From assembly GCA_963575745.1 (NCBI GenBank), contig CAUYUJ010000241.1:1-64000 (forward strand): 64,000 nucleotides of DNA. Direction: 5' to 3'. The stretch comes from Prorocentrum cordatum (lineage: Eukaryota). Each line of letters begins with the position of its first letter. Within the stretch, counting starts at the first letter, position 1. Position numbers and translations under genes: made by a program. The notes under the pieces are model-generated. The model did not search any database. It saw only the letters and a list, made by a program, of their open reading frames with translations, and was not told the origin of the DNA. Positions 13,890-27,849 of the stretch are shown piece by piece.

Positions 13890-14687
13890 TTTCGTCGTCG
13901 CCGTCGTCGCCGTCGTCGGCGTTTTCGTCGGCGTCGTCATCGTCAGCGTCGCTGCCGTGGTTTTCGTCGCCCGCTTCGTTTTCTTCGCCACCTTCGTCGT
14001 CGTCCTCGTCGTGTTCGTCTTGGTCGGAGGAGGAGGAGGAGGAGGAGGAGGACGAGGAGGAGGAGGAGGAGGACGACGACGACGACAAAGACGACGATGA
14101 GGACAAGGAAAGACGAGGACGAGCATGACGACCCCCATTGGGAGGATGCGAACGACGAGGATGAAGGGCAGCGGAGGGGGGGCGGAGGATGGAGCCCAGT
14201 GGAGGCCAGCCGGGGAGGACGACGCGGACGGAGGACGGCGGAGGAGGACGATTGGAATGACGGGGAGGGCGACGAGGACGACGACGAGGACTACATCCAG
14301 GGGGGAGATTTGATTGCCGTTCCGCGCCTGTGCTCTCCGAAGCCAAAAATGGTTCTCCGAAGCATGATTTCTCGGAGGTGCGCGTGGATTTCTTGGATCC
14401 GGCGCCACCCATGGCGCGCTCCGCGCACCAGGGAGGAGGGTCCAGCGCCGATCCCAGAAATCCGCTGGGACCTCCGAAAGTTTATGTTTGTGGCGTCTGC
14501 TCGTCCTCTACTCCGGGAGGGGATATTTCGCCGTTGCTCACTACGCACCAAACCACGCCAACCCAACCCGAAGGCCCCAAGTTGCCCTCCATTCCCAGTA
14601 GGGGGGCATCCTGGAACATCCTTGGGAAAACTATTGATGGAACCCGCACGCCCCCAGGGTTGAGTTGGGGTGGTCTGGCAGGTGGTC

Positions 14688-14826
14688 TTATGTCGGGCAC
14701 GTCCCTGTACAGGAGGAATTGTCAACAATAGTCAAAATTAGTCTGGGGACGATGTTCCGACTATTTTCAATTATATTTGAATATTGATTTGCTTAATTAT
14801 TTTCTTACAAAGCCCGCCTGACCTAA
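14688..14826. mobile_element. MITE family A copy 2 (right TIR partly deleted)
   Basis: Perfect 8-bp TSD AGGTGGTC at 14680-14687 and 14827-14834. Confidence 0.85.
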
Positions 14827-16505
14827 AGGTGGTCAGCTCCGCGCCCGCGCCCGCACAGCTGCTTCCCGAGGGTGCTGGCGGGCCGCAGTCCAGACAACTC
14901 CGGGCCAGTGCCAAGCCCTGCAGCCGAGGCGCCCAGGGAAGGCCCACTCTCTGGGCTCGGGGAGAAGCTCCTGGCACTCGGGCCGCTCCTGATGGGCCAA
15001 TTTTCGCCCACCACTACAATAGGTAAGACGGGGGAGAAGGGAGGATGGGGAGGTCCTGCTCCTCCTCCTCCTCCTCCTCCTCCTCCTCCTCCTCGCCCTC
15101 CCCCTCCTCCTCCCCCTCCTCCTCCTCCTCCTCCTCCTCCTCCTCCTCCTCATCCTCCTCCTCCTCCTCCTCCTCCCTCTCCTACCTATGGTAGTGGTGG
15201 TGGAAACCGGCCCATCACGTCCCCACATTTGGGTCGATCGAAAAACGAAAACGTCAGGCCCCCCAGATACCAGGACACAGACAAGCCAGGACATTGGCAA
15301 GTCGGGGCCCTCGTTCCCCCCCCTCACCCCCCCGATGGAGTAGATCTTGGCTGTTTTTGGCGCCTGTTTCGAGCAGGCGGGGTCCACTCCATAGGACGCA
15401 CTGTTGCAAGCGGCCGCATTGAGCAGAAGTCTGGAGCCAGACCCCCCCCTCCCCCCCTCCCCCCCTTACGTCCAATGTCGAAACGCCGAAGAAGAAAACG
15501 TCCACAAGTCAGGTTGGGTGATCCACTGTGGCTCTTTTCTGCTGCGCTGCAGGATTCGGGGCTTGATCCCGGTCTACTAGGTGGCTTTCAGGGCCTGTGT
15601 CTACCGGGGGCCCCCAAACGGGGTCGTGACCACACCGTGCGGTGAGTCGGTGGGGATTCGGGGTCACCGCACGGTTTTGGGACTCGGGTCGTTCTCCGAG
15701 GACGTCTCGGGCGACTGGGGCCTCCAGGGTCCCAAGACCGTGCGGTGACGGACCGTGCGGTGAGGTCTTTTGGGGTTCCGAGGTCACCGCACGGTCTGTC
15801 ACCGCACCGTTTCGGGACTCCAAAGTCTGGGCTCATGTTCCGGGAGTGCTGCAGTGCATTTTTGCCTCGTGCCGCCGTCTGGGAAAAATGGTTTCGAAGG
15901 ATGTTGGATGTCGCGGTCTGGCGTGTCCGGGTTTACGGGGCCCTGAGAACGCGGCATCAACAGAGCTTTCGGAGCTCCGCGCGGATTTCTCAGATCTGCG
16001 CTGGGCCATCCCTGGCGGCGCCTCAGTCGCCGCCCCTGGCGAGCTCCGCGCGCCAGGGAGGGGGGGGGGTCCAGCAAGAAATCCCCGCGGATTTCCAAAC
16101 GTTTATGTTTATTCATCATCGTCGGAACCATCCCCACCCCCACTGGGGCAGGGTAAGTTGGCTCTCCCAGTGAAAACCTCTAAGTTGGGATGGGTGCTCC
16201 GAAGCCCGAAGCAGACGGTACCCATCCCCGCCTCATGGGGTGTAGATTGCTTTGTGGGGCCAAGGGCTCCCCGGCAGGGTGTGGGGATTGTGCTCCTCGT
16301 CCAGGTGTGCACCCAGACATGCGACGTCCTGACTTTTCAGGGCGGCGTCCCAGAAGTCCCGATCCCTTCCCTGGGACCGGCTTCTCACCCTGAGTCGTTT
16401 TTTGGCGGCGAGGGCCCCCCGGGGCCGAAAGCAGAGAAAAAAAACAGCCGCCCCGATTTTTCTACGGCGTGATCATGTCTGGGCACCTGCCTGGGCACCC
16501 TGGCC

Positions 16506-16705
16506 TTATGTCGGGCCTGTCCCCCTACAGGGGGATCTTCGACGAAAAATAAAACATACCCCCAAAAAATGCGCCGAAAAGGCCAAAACAAATTAAAACA
16601 TAGTCCCCCAATTATTTTTGTGTTATTTTTTATTTTTATTTTTTGGAGGGTATTGTTATATTTGTCGTCGAATATCCCCCCTGTAGGGGGACAGGCCCGA
16701 CGTAA
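16506..16705. mobile_element. MITE family A copy 3
   Basis: ~29-bp near-perfect TIR; TSD CCCTGGCC/CCCTGGCT. Confidence 0.88.
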
Positions 16706-16846
16706 CCCTGGCTGAGGAAGCCCGCTCGCGGCCAAGGCCCGCCGAGGGCAGCCAGCAGGCCCCTGCGCTCCCGCTCGCATCGCTCCCCCGCGGCGGCACG
16801 AGGGCGGCAGAGCGGCGCGGCGTGCCAGAGGGGGGGGGAGGGCCAG

Positions 16847-17201
16847 TTGAGTCGGGCCTGCCCCCTCCACAGGAGGAGCATTCAAAAATAGTCTAAAACA
16901 GTCAATAATGGTAAAACACATACGAAAAGCAGCCAAAGCAAAACAAAAATAGTCAAGCATTCCCTCCACAGGAGGAGCATGCAAAAATAGTCCCAAATAG
17001 TCAAATAATAGTTAAATAATAGTCAGCAGATAGTCAAAACAATAGTCAAACATAGTCAAACAATAGTCAAGCATTCCCTCCACAGGAGGAGCGTTCAAAA
17101 ATGAGTCCAACAAAAATAGTCCCCAGAGACGTGTTCGAATATTTTTCGGGAATTTTTGTTGTCCTCCTGAATCTGCCGCTGGGGGGACACGCCCAACCGA
17201 A
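16847..17201. mobile_element. MITE family A copy 4, with internal duplications
   Basis: TTGAGTCGGGCCTG... start; repeated CCCTCCACAGGAGGAGC and AATAGTCAA; degenerate right TIR. Confidence 0.7.
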
Positions 17202-17628
17202 GGGGAGGGCGGGCAGCAGATCGGCAGAGCCTGCTGGTGGAGCGGAGGGGCGCGCCTGAGGACCAACCTCACCGCGAGCTCCCGGCAAGAAGCCACGACC
17301 AGGGGAGGAGGGGGAGGAGGAGGAGGAGGAGGAGGAGGGGAGGAGGGGGAGGAGGAGGAGGGAGGGAGGAGGAGGAGGAGGAGGAGGAGGAGGAGGAGGA
17401 GGAGGAGGAGGGGGAGGAGGAGGAGGAGGAGGAGGAGGAGGAGGAGGAGGAGGAGGAGGAGGAGGAGGAGGAGGAGGAGGAGGAGGAGGAGGCGGAGGAG
17501 GAGGAGGCGGAGGAGGAGGAGGAGGAGGAGGATTCGGTTAACAGGACGCAGTGTCCAAGGGCGAGGGGGGCGCGAGCCCCAGCTCTCTGGAGCAAAGCCC
17601 GGGGCAGGATGGGGAAGCGTGACCAACA

Positions 17629-17792
17629 CTAAGTCGGGCGTGTCCCTCTACAGGGGAAAATTCAAAAATAGACAAAAAATAGTCAGGGGACGTTTTTTTT
17701 TTTGTTTCTATTTCTGAGTATGTTGGGGGGTATTTCTTCCGTATTTGTCATTTTTCGCCCAAAATCCCTGCAGGGGGACACGCCCGACTTAA
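17629..17792. mobile_element. MITE family A copy 5
   Basis: CTAAGTCGGGCGTGTCCC...GGGACACGCCCGACTTAA; TSD not conserved. Confidence 0.8.
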
Positions 17793-18529
17793 AACAAGCT
17801 CCAAAAGTTGGGCAAGCCCCTTCCCCGCCCCCGCCAGCGCGAGAGAAGAGCAGAGCCTCGCTCAGGTCGGGGGCCGCAAAGCGGTGGCGCGCTCCGCGCA
17901 CTGCCGTGGGACCGCCGGCCTCGACCCTGGCGGAGGGTGGAGGCGGAGGCGGCCCACGCTGCGGGTGTGCGTGCTCCCTGCGGCTCGCCCAGGAATTGCA
18001 ATGCAGAGGCGGAGGAGCACGATCGAGACTCGAGGATCGAGACTGTGATGCTCTCTTGGCCCTTCGAGGCGGTCGTCCCCCGCCTTTTGGTCGCTCCCTC
18101 TCGTTCCCTCTCGACCCCTTGCGTTTCTTCCCTTCTCTTCGGCCGCCCTGGGAGGAGGCGGAGGAGGAGGCGGAGGAGGAGGAGGAGGAGGAGGACCAGT
18201 GTAAACCCAAGGGTCATCAACGATGTTGCAAGACAGCCTCCCTACACGCTCCCTTTTCGCAGGCCCCATAAAACGGTTCACTTCCACTGAGGGAACTGCC
18301 TCGTTGGAAGACAATTGTTTGAAGACCCTGAAGCATGCCCAAACATTATTCTCGGGACTCCGACGCCACGGATCAACCTGACTGGTGCGTCGTGATGATC
18401 TTGCATCGTGCCAGATGCCCATTCCTGGGGCTTCAACACCGCGAACCAAGGTAATTGTTGCACCCTCATAGTCCTGAATCGTTTCCACCTTTCCCAAACA
18501 CCATTTCTGGTACGTTGATCAAGGGAATC

Positions 18530-18955
18530 CGTGAAACTCTTGCAACATTTCAACAAAACGAATGTGCGCGGCGCTATAGCGAGAGCCACGTTTTGAACAG
18601 GAACCGCCCTCAATTCCTGAAGCTCTTGCACATGTTTACAACGAATGTGCGCAGCGCTAGGGCGAAAGCCACATTTCGAAAACGGCCCACCCTCAATCCG
18701 CGAAACTCTTGCACATGTTCAAAACGAATGTGCGCGGCGCTAAGGCGAGAGCCACATTATGAAAACGACCCGCCCTCAATTCGTGACGCTCTTGCAATAT
18801 TTTGCACCGAATGTGCGCGGCGCTAAGGCGAGAGCCACATTATGAAAACAACCCGCCCTCAACCCGTGAAGTTCTTGCAGTTTTTCACACCGAATGTTCG
18901 CGGAGCTAAGGCGATAGCCACATTTTGAAAACCACCCGCCCTCCGTTTGTGAAAC
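18530..18955. repeat. ~59-bp tandem satellite (also 44915-45305, remnant 42860-42925)
   Basis: GAATGTGCGCGGCGCTAAGGCGAGAGCCACATTTTGAAAACGACCCGCCCTCAATCCGTGAA units. Confidence 0.9.
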
Positions 18956-19451
18956 TGCTGCCAAGTTTGAGCTTCAGGGTCATAAATGGTAAGGGGATCT
19001 CAGGCGAAACGCCCGGCCCACCCTGAAAACCTGCCTCGGGGTGTGTTATGGAGAAGGCATTTATAAGGAAAAGGAGCGGAAGAGGGGGAAGAGGAGGAGG
19101 AGGAGGAGGAGGCGGAGGAGGAGGAGGAGGCGGAGGCGGCGGCGACGGCGGCGGCGGTGGCGGGAGGAGGAGGAGGAGGAAGGAGGAAAGGAGGAGGGAG
19201 AGGGAAGGGGGACTAGGAGGAGGAGGAGGAGGTGGAGGAGGCGGCGGAGGCGGAACAGCACGGTCGAGATTCGAGTCGGTCTCGGTCGCGTGATGACGGC
19301 TTCGGTCGCACAATCGAGGTTCGGAGATCGAGATCGTTGTGCGTTCTGGGCCCCTGTTTGGCTTCGAGAGCGGGGACCTCTGGGCTCTCCCCAACTCCCC
19401 CCCCCCCCAACTCCCCCTACTACGCCCTCCCCCCCCCACCCCGCCCCGCAG

Positions 19452-19514
19452 TGCGACGGCGACGGGCGCGAGTTCGTGGTTACCGACAGGAACGCGGTGA
19501 AGATCCGTGCGGAG
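19452..19514 (+). CDS. ABC-class ATPase exon 3: CDGDGREFVVTDRNAVKIRAE
   Basis: C-rich tract plus CAG acceptor; family motif GDGREFVVT..AVKIRAEDGR; donor GAG|GA. Confidence 0.92.
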
Positions 19515-19771
19515 GACCCCGCCGGCGGCCACCGCACACCGACGGCCTTCGCTCCCGTTCCCGCTGTCGCCCGCGCCTGGCGCCTTCCCTCGAGCAGTGG
19601 CGAAGCGTCCTGGCGTGCCTATAGGCCTACCAAATAATTGTCTTAGAACCTTTTTCCCTACCTAGGCTCTGCCTAGAAGGGTTCACTCTCTGGGCTTAAA
19701 GGGGCCGGGCAGTGGAAAGCGCCCCTGGCGGTTCCCCCAGTATCCGCCCCGCGGTTCCCCCAGTTACGTCC

Positions 19772-20480
19772 CCTTAGCTTAGCGTTGTTTATCTCATCTT
19801 AGCTTAGCTTATTACATATTCGCTTAGCTTAGCTTCATCTTAGCTCAGGTTTATCTTAGCTTAGCTTACCTTCATCTTAGCTTCGCTGAGCTTTAGCATA
19901 ACAGAGCACATCATAGCATAGCATAGCGTAGAATAGCATAGCGCAGCACAGCATATCATAGCATAGCCCAGCATAGCATAGCACAGCGCAGCATAGCATA
20001 GCATAGCATAGCGCAGCACAGCACAGCACAGCATAGCACAGCGCAGCATAACATAGCATAGCATAACATAGCATAGCATAGCAGCAAAGCAAAGGCAAAG
20101 CAACAGCAGCGACAGCAAAGCAAAGCACAAGCAACGCAAAACACACCAAAGCAAGAGCAAACGCAAAGCAAAGGAAAGGCAAAGCAAAGCAACAGCAAAG
20201 GTACAAGCAAACGCGCGGTTTCCCCAGTTGCGCTCTCTGGGTGCCAAGCAACAGTAAAAGCAAAGGCAACAGTGACGGCAAAAGCGAAGGCACAGCAAAC
20301 GCATAGCATAGCATAGCATAGCATAGCATAGCATACCGCAGAATAGCATAGTGCAGCATAGCATAGCATAGCCTAGCCTAGCCCAGCATATCATTGCGCG
20401 GCATGGCATAGCATAGCAGAGCAGAGCATAACATAGCATAGCATAGCATTACTTAGCATAGCATAGCGCAGCACAGCATC
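19772..20480. repeat. Pentanucleotide microsatellite series (CTTAG)n-(GCATA)n-(GCAAA)n-(GCATA)n
   Basis: Direct reading of the sequence. Confidence 0.92.
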
Positions 20481-20761
20481 CACTATTGCTGCTGCTATAT
20501 CTATATACTTATATGTGTGTGCGCACGTATGTTCCATGCATGTTGTCCGTCTGTGGGACATCTTGAGACCTTAGTGGGGCAGCTTGAGCCCTTAGGATTC
20601 ACGAAGGTTCCGCACATAGCACCGGCCGGGAGACATGACACCCGACGTATTGTCGCATGTCCTAAATTTCTTTCTATATATGCAAATAGATGTGTATATG
20701 TACATAAAAAAAAACCCACTGCTGCTGCTTCACTTACGGCGTGGCGTCGGCGGTTCTGGCG

Positions 20762-21404
<643 letters not shown>

Positions 21405-21897
21405 GCTACTGCTACAACTACGACGATGAGGAGAAGGAGGAGGACGGCGTTTACCGCTCCTACTAATGTTGCTTTCCTAGAGGCTCCAACTCCTAGGTAG
21501 GGTCGCACTGGGATAGTGGAGTTTCCACGGCATGTTCTTACATAGAACATGTCTGGCAGAGACTGTGATATTTCAACACAGCGGGTTAATGTTCAAAGAA
21601 CATTTTGTTCTTAGAACATTTGTGGGTTCTGAGGAAATGTCGTGGTAGGCCTTCAGGAATGCCGGAACGGTCGGTCCCTGCTCAATTCCCCGCGTCGTCG
21701 CCGGGTCGTCGTCGTTGTCGACCGTCATCCGTCAAGCGTCCGCGGTCGTCGTCCGTCGGCCGTCGGCTGTCGATCGTTGGTCGTTGCCCGTCGATCTTCC
21801 GTCATCAGTCGTCGTTGTTCGTCGTCGTCGCCATCGGCGTCGGCGTCGGCGTCAGCGGCGGAGTTGGCGTCGGCGTCGGCGTTGGCGTCGGCGTCGT

Positions 21898-21938
<41 letters not shown>

Positions 21939-22439
21939 TCTTGCCGCCTTGCTCCTGCGCTGCACGGCACGCGCGCCCAAAGCGCGTCGCCGCCCAAGTA
22001 GCGGTTGAGACAAGTAGTTCACCAAGAGGGAGTAGTACGAGGAGGAGGAGGAGGGGGAGGGGAGGAGGAGGAGGAGGAGGAGGAGGAGGAGGGCGGAGGA
22101 GCGGGGCGAGAAGGAGGAGGAGGATGAGGAGGAGCACGAGAAACAAAGGAGGAGGAGGAGGACGAGGAGGACGAGGAGGAGAAGAAAAAGGAGGAGGAAG
22201 CGGGGAGGAGGAGGAGGGGGAGGGAGAGGAGGAGGAGGAGGAGGAGGAGGAGGAGGAGGAGGAGGAGGCGGAGGAGGAGGAGGAGGGGAGGAGGAGGGGG
22301 AGGGGGAGGGGGAGGGGGGAGGGGACAAGTTTGGTGCGCTCGCGTCAACATCTGACATCCTACCCCTCCCTCCCATCCCTTACCATGGCGCTGATTTTCT
22401 CTATCCGCGGACGCGTGTCGTAGTGGACCTGTGGCTCCG

Positions 22440-23045
22440 CGCGCGTGTGCGTAGTGGGTGGTGGTGCGCGTGCGTGCGTGCGTGTGTGCGTGGTTGTGGT
22501 TGTTGTGGTGGTGGTGTGTGTATGTGTGTGTGTGTCTGTGTCTGTGTCTGTGTCTGTGTCTGTGTGTGTGCGTGTGTGCGCGTGTGCTGTGGTGTGACGT
22601 GGTGTGGTGTCTTGGTGCGTACGTGCGTGATGGCGGTGGTGGTGGTGGCGGTTGTGGTGTGTGTGTGTGTCTGTGTGTCTCTGTGTGTCTGTGTCTCTGT
22701 GAGTGCGTGTGTGTGCGTGTGTGTGTGCGTGTGTGCGTGTGTGTGCGTGTGTGCGCGTGAGCGTGCGCGTGAGCGTGCGCGTGAGCGTGCGCGTGCGCGT
22801 GCGCGTGCGCGTGCGCGTGTGTGTATGTGTGTGTATGTGTGTGTGTGCGTGTGCGTGTGCGTGTGCGTGTGCGTGTGCGTGTGCGTGTGCGTGTGCGTGT
22901 GCGTGTGCGTGTGCGTGTGCGTGTGCGTGTGCGTGTGCGTGTGCGTGTGCGTGTGCGTGTGCGTGTGCGTGTGCGTGTGCGTGTGCGTGTGCGCGTGCGT
23001 GCGTGCGTGCGTGCGTATGTGTATGTGTATGTGTGTGTGTGAGAG

Positions 23046-23129
<84 letters not shown>

Positions 23130-23230
23130 TGTGTGTGTGTGTGTGTCTGTGTGCGCGCGTGTGATGTGGTGTGACGCGGTGGTGGTGCGGTGCGCGGTGG
23201 TGGTGCGCGTGCGTGCGTGCGTGCGTTGGT
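22440..23230. repeat. (GT)n/(GTGTGC)n/(GTGC)n compound microsatellite
   Basis: Direct reading; mostly alternating purine-pyrimidine. Confidence 0.95.
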
Positions 23231-24829
23231 GGGTGGAATTGGCGGTGGGTGTGCGTGCGGCGGGGCGGGGCGTGGTGCGGCGCGGTGGTGGCGGGCGGAG
23301 GGGCGCGCGAGAAAGAGGCCCGCGCTGGGGCGAGAACGCCATCCTGAACGACGGAGGCAAAACACCGAACCGAAAATGAGGCCCACGCTGCAGCGGGAGC
23401 ACGATTCGGAACGATTCGGGAGCAGAAACGAGGCCGGCGTCTCAGCGAGATCAGCATTAAAAACGCAGGCGAAAACCCAACTTCGGGGAATCGTGTGTGT
23501 ATTAAAAAGCAGTGCGCGGGGGGGGGGGGGCGAATACGCAAAGACGTCATCAGTGGAAGAGGGAGAGTAGTATTCATATTGGGTAATTGTGGAGGAGGAG
23601 GAGAGGAGAGGAAAAAAGGAGGAGGAGGAGGAGGAGGAGGAGGGAGGAGGAGGGGGGAGGAGGAGAGGAGGAGGAGGAGGAGGGAGGAGGAGGAGGAGGA
23701 GGAGGAGGAGGAGGAGGAGGAGGAGAGGAGGGAGGAGGGGAGAGAGGAGGAGGAGGGAGGAGGAGGAGGAGAGAGGAGGAGGAGGAGAGGAGGAGGAGGA
23801 GGAGGAAGAGGCCGAGGGAGACTAGGAGGAGGAGGAGGAGGAGGAGGAGGAGGAGGAGGAGGAGGAGGTGGCGGAGGAGGAAGCGGATCATCGCCGCTGG
23901 CCTCGTGGAGGTCCGCACGATTGGGGGGCCCTCGCTGCGCTCCTCCCCGCTGGCAGCGCCTGGCCGCTCCGTCGGCGGTGGCTTTGTGCCTCTGCTGCTG
24001 CTGCCGCCGCTGCTGCTGCTCCGTCTCCTCCGGCCCTCGCAGGGCCCGGTGCGATCTGATCGATCGAATTTCCGATGTCGATCTCGGCAAGTTCGATGCG
24101 ATGCGATTTCCACTTTTCAGAGGTCCGATGCGGCCCGATACTTCCATGGCGCTGCTGTGCATCCTGGTGCAGCCCGTTCCGTTCGATTCAGACACCGTGC
24201 CGATGCGGCCTGATTCGACGTACATTCCGATCCGTTCCGATTCCCCGATTCAAAGCTGGCTTTTCCTGCCCTCGTCGTCCCCACCTTCATCTTTGTGTGT
24301 TGCTAGAAGTGTCTTCGGCCCAGGGTGTCCTCAGGATCTCCAAGGAGGCCCCCGCGGCCTGCAGAGCACCCCTCACGAGGCCCAGAGGGCCCCGTGTCAA
24401 GTCAAGTTAAGCCAGGCGCCCAAACGGCGCATAGGCAAATGAGGCGGCTGAAAGTACGCCAAACGCGTCGGCGATGCAGTCCGCCGAACGCACTGCCAAC
24501 TGAAGGGGAGGAGGACGGGGGAGGCAACCCTCTTAGGATAACACGTGCTGGTGTACAGAAGATGCCCACTGCAATTTTGGGCGTCCACGCCTGCGATGAC
24601 GATACCACTCCTTTGGACCCCAAAATATAGCGAAAACCTGGAGCCACCCTTGGGCCAGGGACACCTTTTGGCAACCGCCGACACCTCCCTTGGGCTACCC
24701 TTGGGCAACCGCCGACACCTCCCTTGGGCTACCCTTTGGCAACCGCCGACACCTCCCTTGGACGACCTTTGGAAACCTGGAGCCACCCTTGGGCCAAGAA
24801 CACGATCTGGCATACACCTACGGCCAGGA

Positions 24830-24988
24830 TTAAGTCGGGCGTGTCCCTCTACAGGAGGAATATTCAAAAGCAGTCGAAAAAAAGTCTGGGGACTATTTTT
24901 GAAGTATTTTTTACCATCTTGGAATCTTGTTTGACTATTGATTGTTTTTCTTCCAAAATCCCCCTGTAGGAGGATAGGCCCGACTTAA
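24830..24988. mobile_element. MITE family A copy 6
   Basis: TTAAGTCGGGC...GCCCGACTTAA; TSD GGCCAGGA/GCCCAGGA. Confidence 0.88.
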
Positions 24989-25150
24989 GCCCAGGACGCC
25001 GAAGCAGGGAGCACCTCGGGCTCGGCAGGGGCCCGCTGCCTCCGAGGCCCTCCCGTGCTCTCTGTTCCACCGGCGCTCCTCGTGCACCCAGGCGCGTCGG
25101 GGTGGCTCTACAGTTGGGCTCGACTGGACAGGACCCGCGAGAGGACACAA

Positions 25151-25349
25151 TAGGGGAACAAAAATTTACATAAACATAAAAACTCGGAGGTCCACGCGGA
25201 TTTCTCGGATCGGCGCTGGGGCCCCCCGGCGGCGCCTCCAGCGCCGCCCCTGGCGCGCTCCGCGCGCCAGGGAGGGGGGTCCAGCGCCGATCCGAGAAAT
25301 CCGCGCGGACCTCAGAGTTTTTATGTTTATGCCACTTGTTGTTCCCCTA
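25151..25349. mobile_element. Foldback MITE family B (related copies near 14370-14510, 15965-16110, 25649-25756, 27450-27560, 40820-40985, 42080-42260)
   Basis: Long TIRs TAGGGGAACA..CATAAACATAAAAACTC.GAGGTCC.CGCGGATTTCTCGGATCGGCGCTGG and their reverse complement. Confidence 0.8.
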
Positions 25350-26229
25350 CTACAGTTGGACTCGATTGGACAGGACACTCGAGAGGACACAAGACCACTC
25401 CGAGGGCCACATTGCCACAGGAATATAAGAAGGCATGGGTCGCGAGACACAGGACACAGGGGTACCCTTGACCTGGCAGGGTCGACCTACTAATCTGGGC
25501 CGACCGTACTGATGGACCTCGCTGTTTGCCCAGCGTGTGGCTACACGTACACGCCAGTCGTTGAAAGTATGTACTTTTGGGCTCCCAGAACCTGGTCTGC
25601 TACAGGCGCCCCCCTGCTCCAAGAAGCGATACGCTCTTGCTGCGTTTTCAGGGGAGCGAAGTATGACATAACATAAAAGCTCCGAGGTCCGCGCGGATCC
25701 GAGAAACCCGCGCGGACCTCCGAGTTTTTATGTTTACGTCGTTCTTCGTTCCCCTAGTTTTGCTCTTCTCTGGGAGGGCCTGGGCCCACTCCACTCGATC
25801 CGCCTTCCTTCGGGGGCAGAAAAGAGGGGGGTGATGACTAGGGGGGGGGATCTCATGGCGGGGGCCATGATATTTCCCCAGATCTCATGGCGCCTCTTCT
25901 TATTTCATTGCGTCCCTGGCCCCCCCCGCTGGGGCGCGCACGTGCCGCCGGTCATGATTTGCATCCCCCCTCTTGGACACCCCCCTCTTGGTCGCTCCCG
26001 ATTCCTGCTTCGTGTCTTTCCCTGCTCCCGCCGACCGACGTGTGCGCAGTGCCTCGGAGGTCCGAGCGGCTGTTTCTCGGGGCGGCGCCGACCCCTCCCA
26101 TGGATGGGCGGCGCCTCCGGCGCCGCCTCGCGCGCGCCAGGGGAGCCCTCTTCGTCCTCCTCGTCAACCTCCTCCTCCTCCTCCTCCTCCTCCTCCTCCG
26201 TTTGCTTTTCGCTCGAGGGCCTGCTGGGC

Positions 26230-27295
26230 GATTGGACGATTGGATTGATTGGACGTCTGTCCAATATTGGAGTTGATTGGATGGATTCGTAGTAATGGAC
26301 CCAATCGGAAGATTGGCGGATTGGAAAATTGGATACCTTCCAATGTGGAGGTCCAATATTGGACCTCGGTTCGGAGAATTCTCTGGGTTTCTGTGCGCGT
26401 GACGATTTCCTAATCCGGAGGTCCTATATTGGACCCCAGGTCCAATTTGGGACCCGATTCGACCCATCTGAAGGTCCAATATCGGACCTCAAGTGCAATA
26501 TTGGACCCCAGGTCCATTAGTGGGCCCGGAGAAGAGGTATGAGAGGCGGATGAGAGAGAGAGGGAGGGGAATCAAGCGGACAAGAGGTGACGGAAGTAGG
26601 AGGATGACGGGGAAAAGAAGGAGAACGAGGAGAGGCAGGAGGAGCAGAAGGACCAGGAGGAAGATGAGGGGAGAAACAAGGGGGGAGAAGGAGAAGGAGG
26701 AGTGGGAGAGCGAGGATGAGAAAGCGGAGTACCGAGCCACCTGCTCCTGCTTCTGCTCCTACTCCTGTTCCCTCTCCTGCTCCTGCTCCTCGTCACCCTT
26801 CTCCTCCCTCCTCCTCCCTCCACCCTCCTCCTCCTCATCCTCCTCCTCGTCTCCTCTTCCTCCCCCTCCTTTTCCTCCTCCTCCCCCTCCTCCCCCTCCT
26901 CCTCCAGAGGAGGAGGAGGAAGAGGAGGAGGAGGAGAAGGAGGAGGAGGAAGAGGGGGAGGAGGGGGGTCCTCGAGGGCATCTCGGAACACCGGAAGGGG
27001 GTCCAATATTGGAGCCAAGCGCAAAATTGGGCCCCAGGTCCAATATTGGACGTCCTGTTTGGAAAATCGGGAGGCGTGGAAAGTCCCGACGACATGTCCG
27101 AACGCGGGTCCAAAATTGGCCTTGGAGGTCAATTTTTGGAGCGAGGGTCCAGTATTGGAGACTCAGAGAAGTCTCGGAACCAAGGTCCAATATTGGACCC
27201 AAGTCCAATATTGGACCCCAGGTCCAATATTGGACGTCTGGATTGGACAGTATCCAATATTCCAATTTACCAATTTTCCAATGCTGTCCAATCCG
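26230..27295. repeat. Palindromic TCCAATATTGGA motif arrays (26230-26520, 27000-27295)
   Basis: Many GGTCCAATATTGGACC-like copies, split by a GGA/CCT block. Confidence 0.8.
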
Positions 27296-27849
27296 AGCAG
27301 GCCCCTTCCCGAAATGAGAAGCCCTCCTGCTCCTCCTCCTCCTCCTCCTCCTCCTCCTCCTCCTCCTCTTCCTCTTCCCCCTCCTCCTGCTCCTCCTCAT
27401 CGTCCTCCTCGTCCTCTTCCTCCTCCTCCTCATCCTCCTCCTCCTCCCAGGGGCCAGCGCCGCGCGGGCAGAACTCCGCGCGGGCGTCCCAGGGAAGCGA
27501 AGGATGACCAGGGGGGTCCCGCGCGGAGCCGAGAAGTCCGCGCGCACCTCCGAATTTTTGCGTAGCACCCCGCAGATGCGGAGAAGAGTGAGGGTGCGGT
27601 GGCTTGGTATCGCTCGGACGTGTGCATTTTCCTTTGGCGAGGACCATCGAGGATCATCCTTGATCATTTGGCAAAAAAGCCACGCACGAAACCGAAAAAG
27701 ACACAGGGAATGGACATTCGAGCGATGGCCAGGTGGGGACGTCGGCAGTTTGCGAGACTCTGGAGAAGTCTGCCGCAGGCGCCGAAGCTGCACAAATTAT
27801 GCAGCGAGCCCGCCGCAGGCGCCGATTTTTTCGTTAGACCAGTGTGGGT

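Noticed and set aside
14338..14353. Reverse-strand SL-like string (GAAGCCAAAAATGG)
   Set aside because: Only a partial match lacking both SL ends, and it lies in or next to a family-B repeat.
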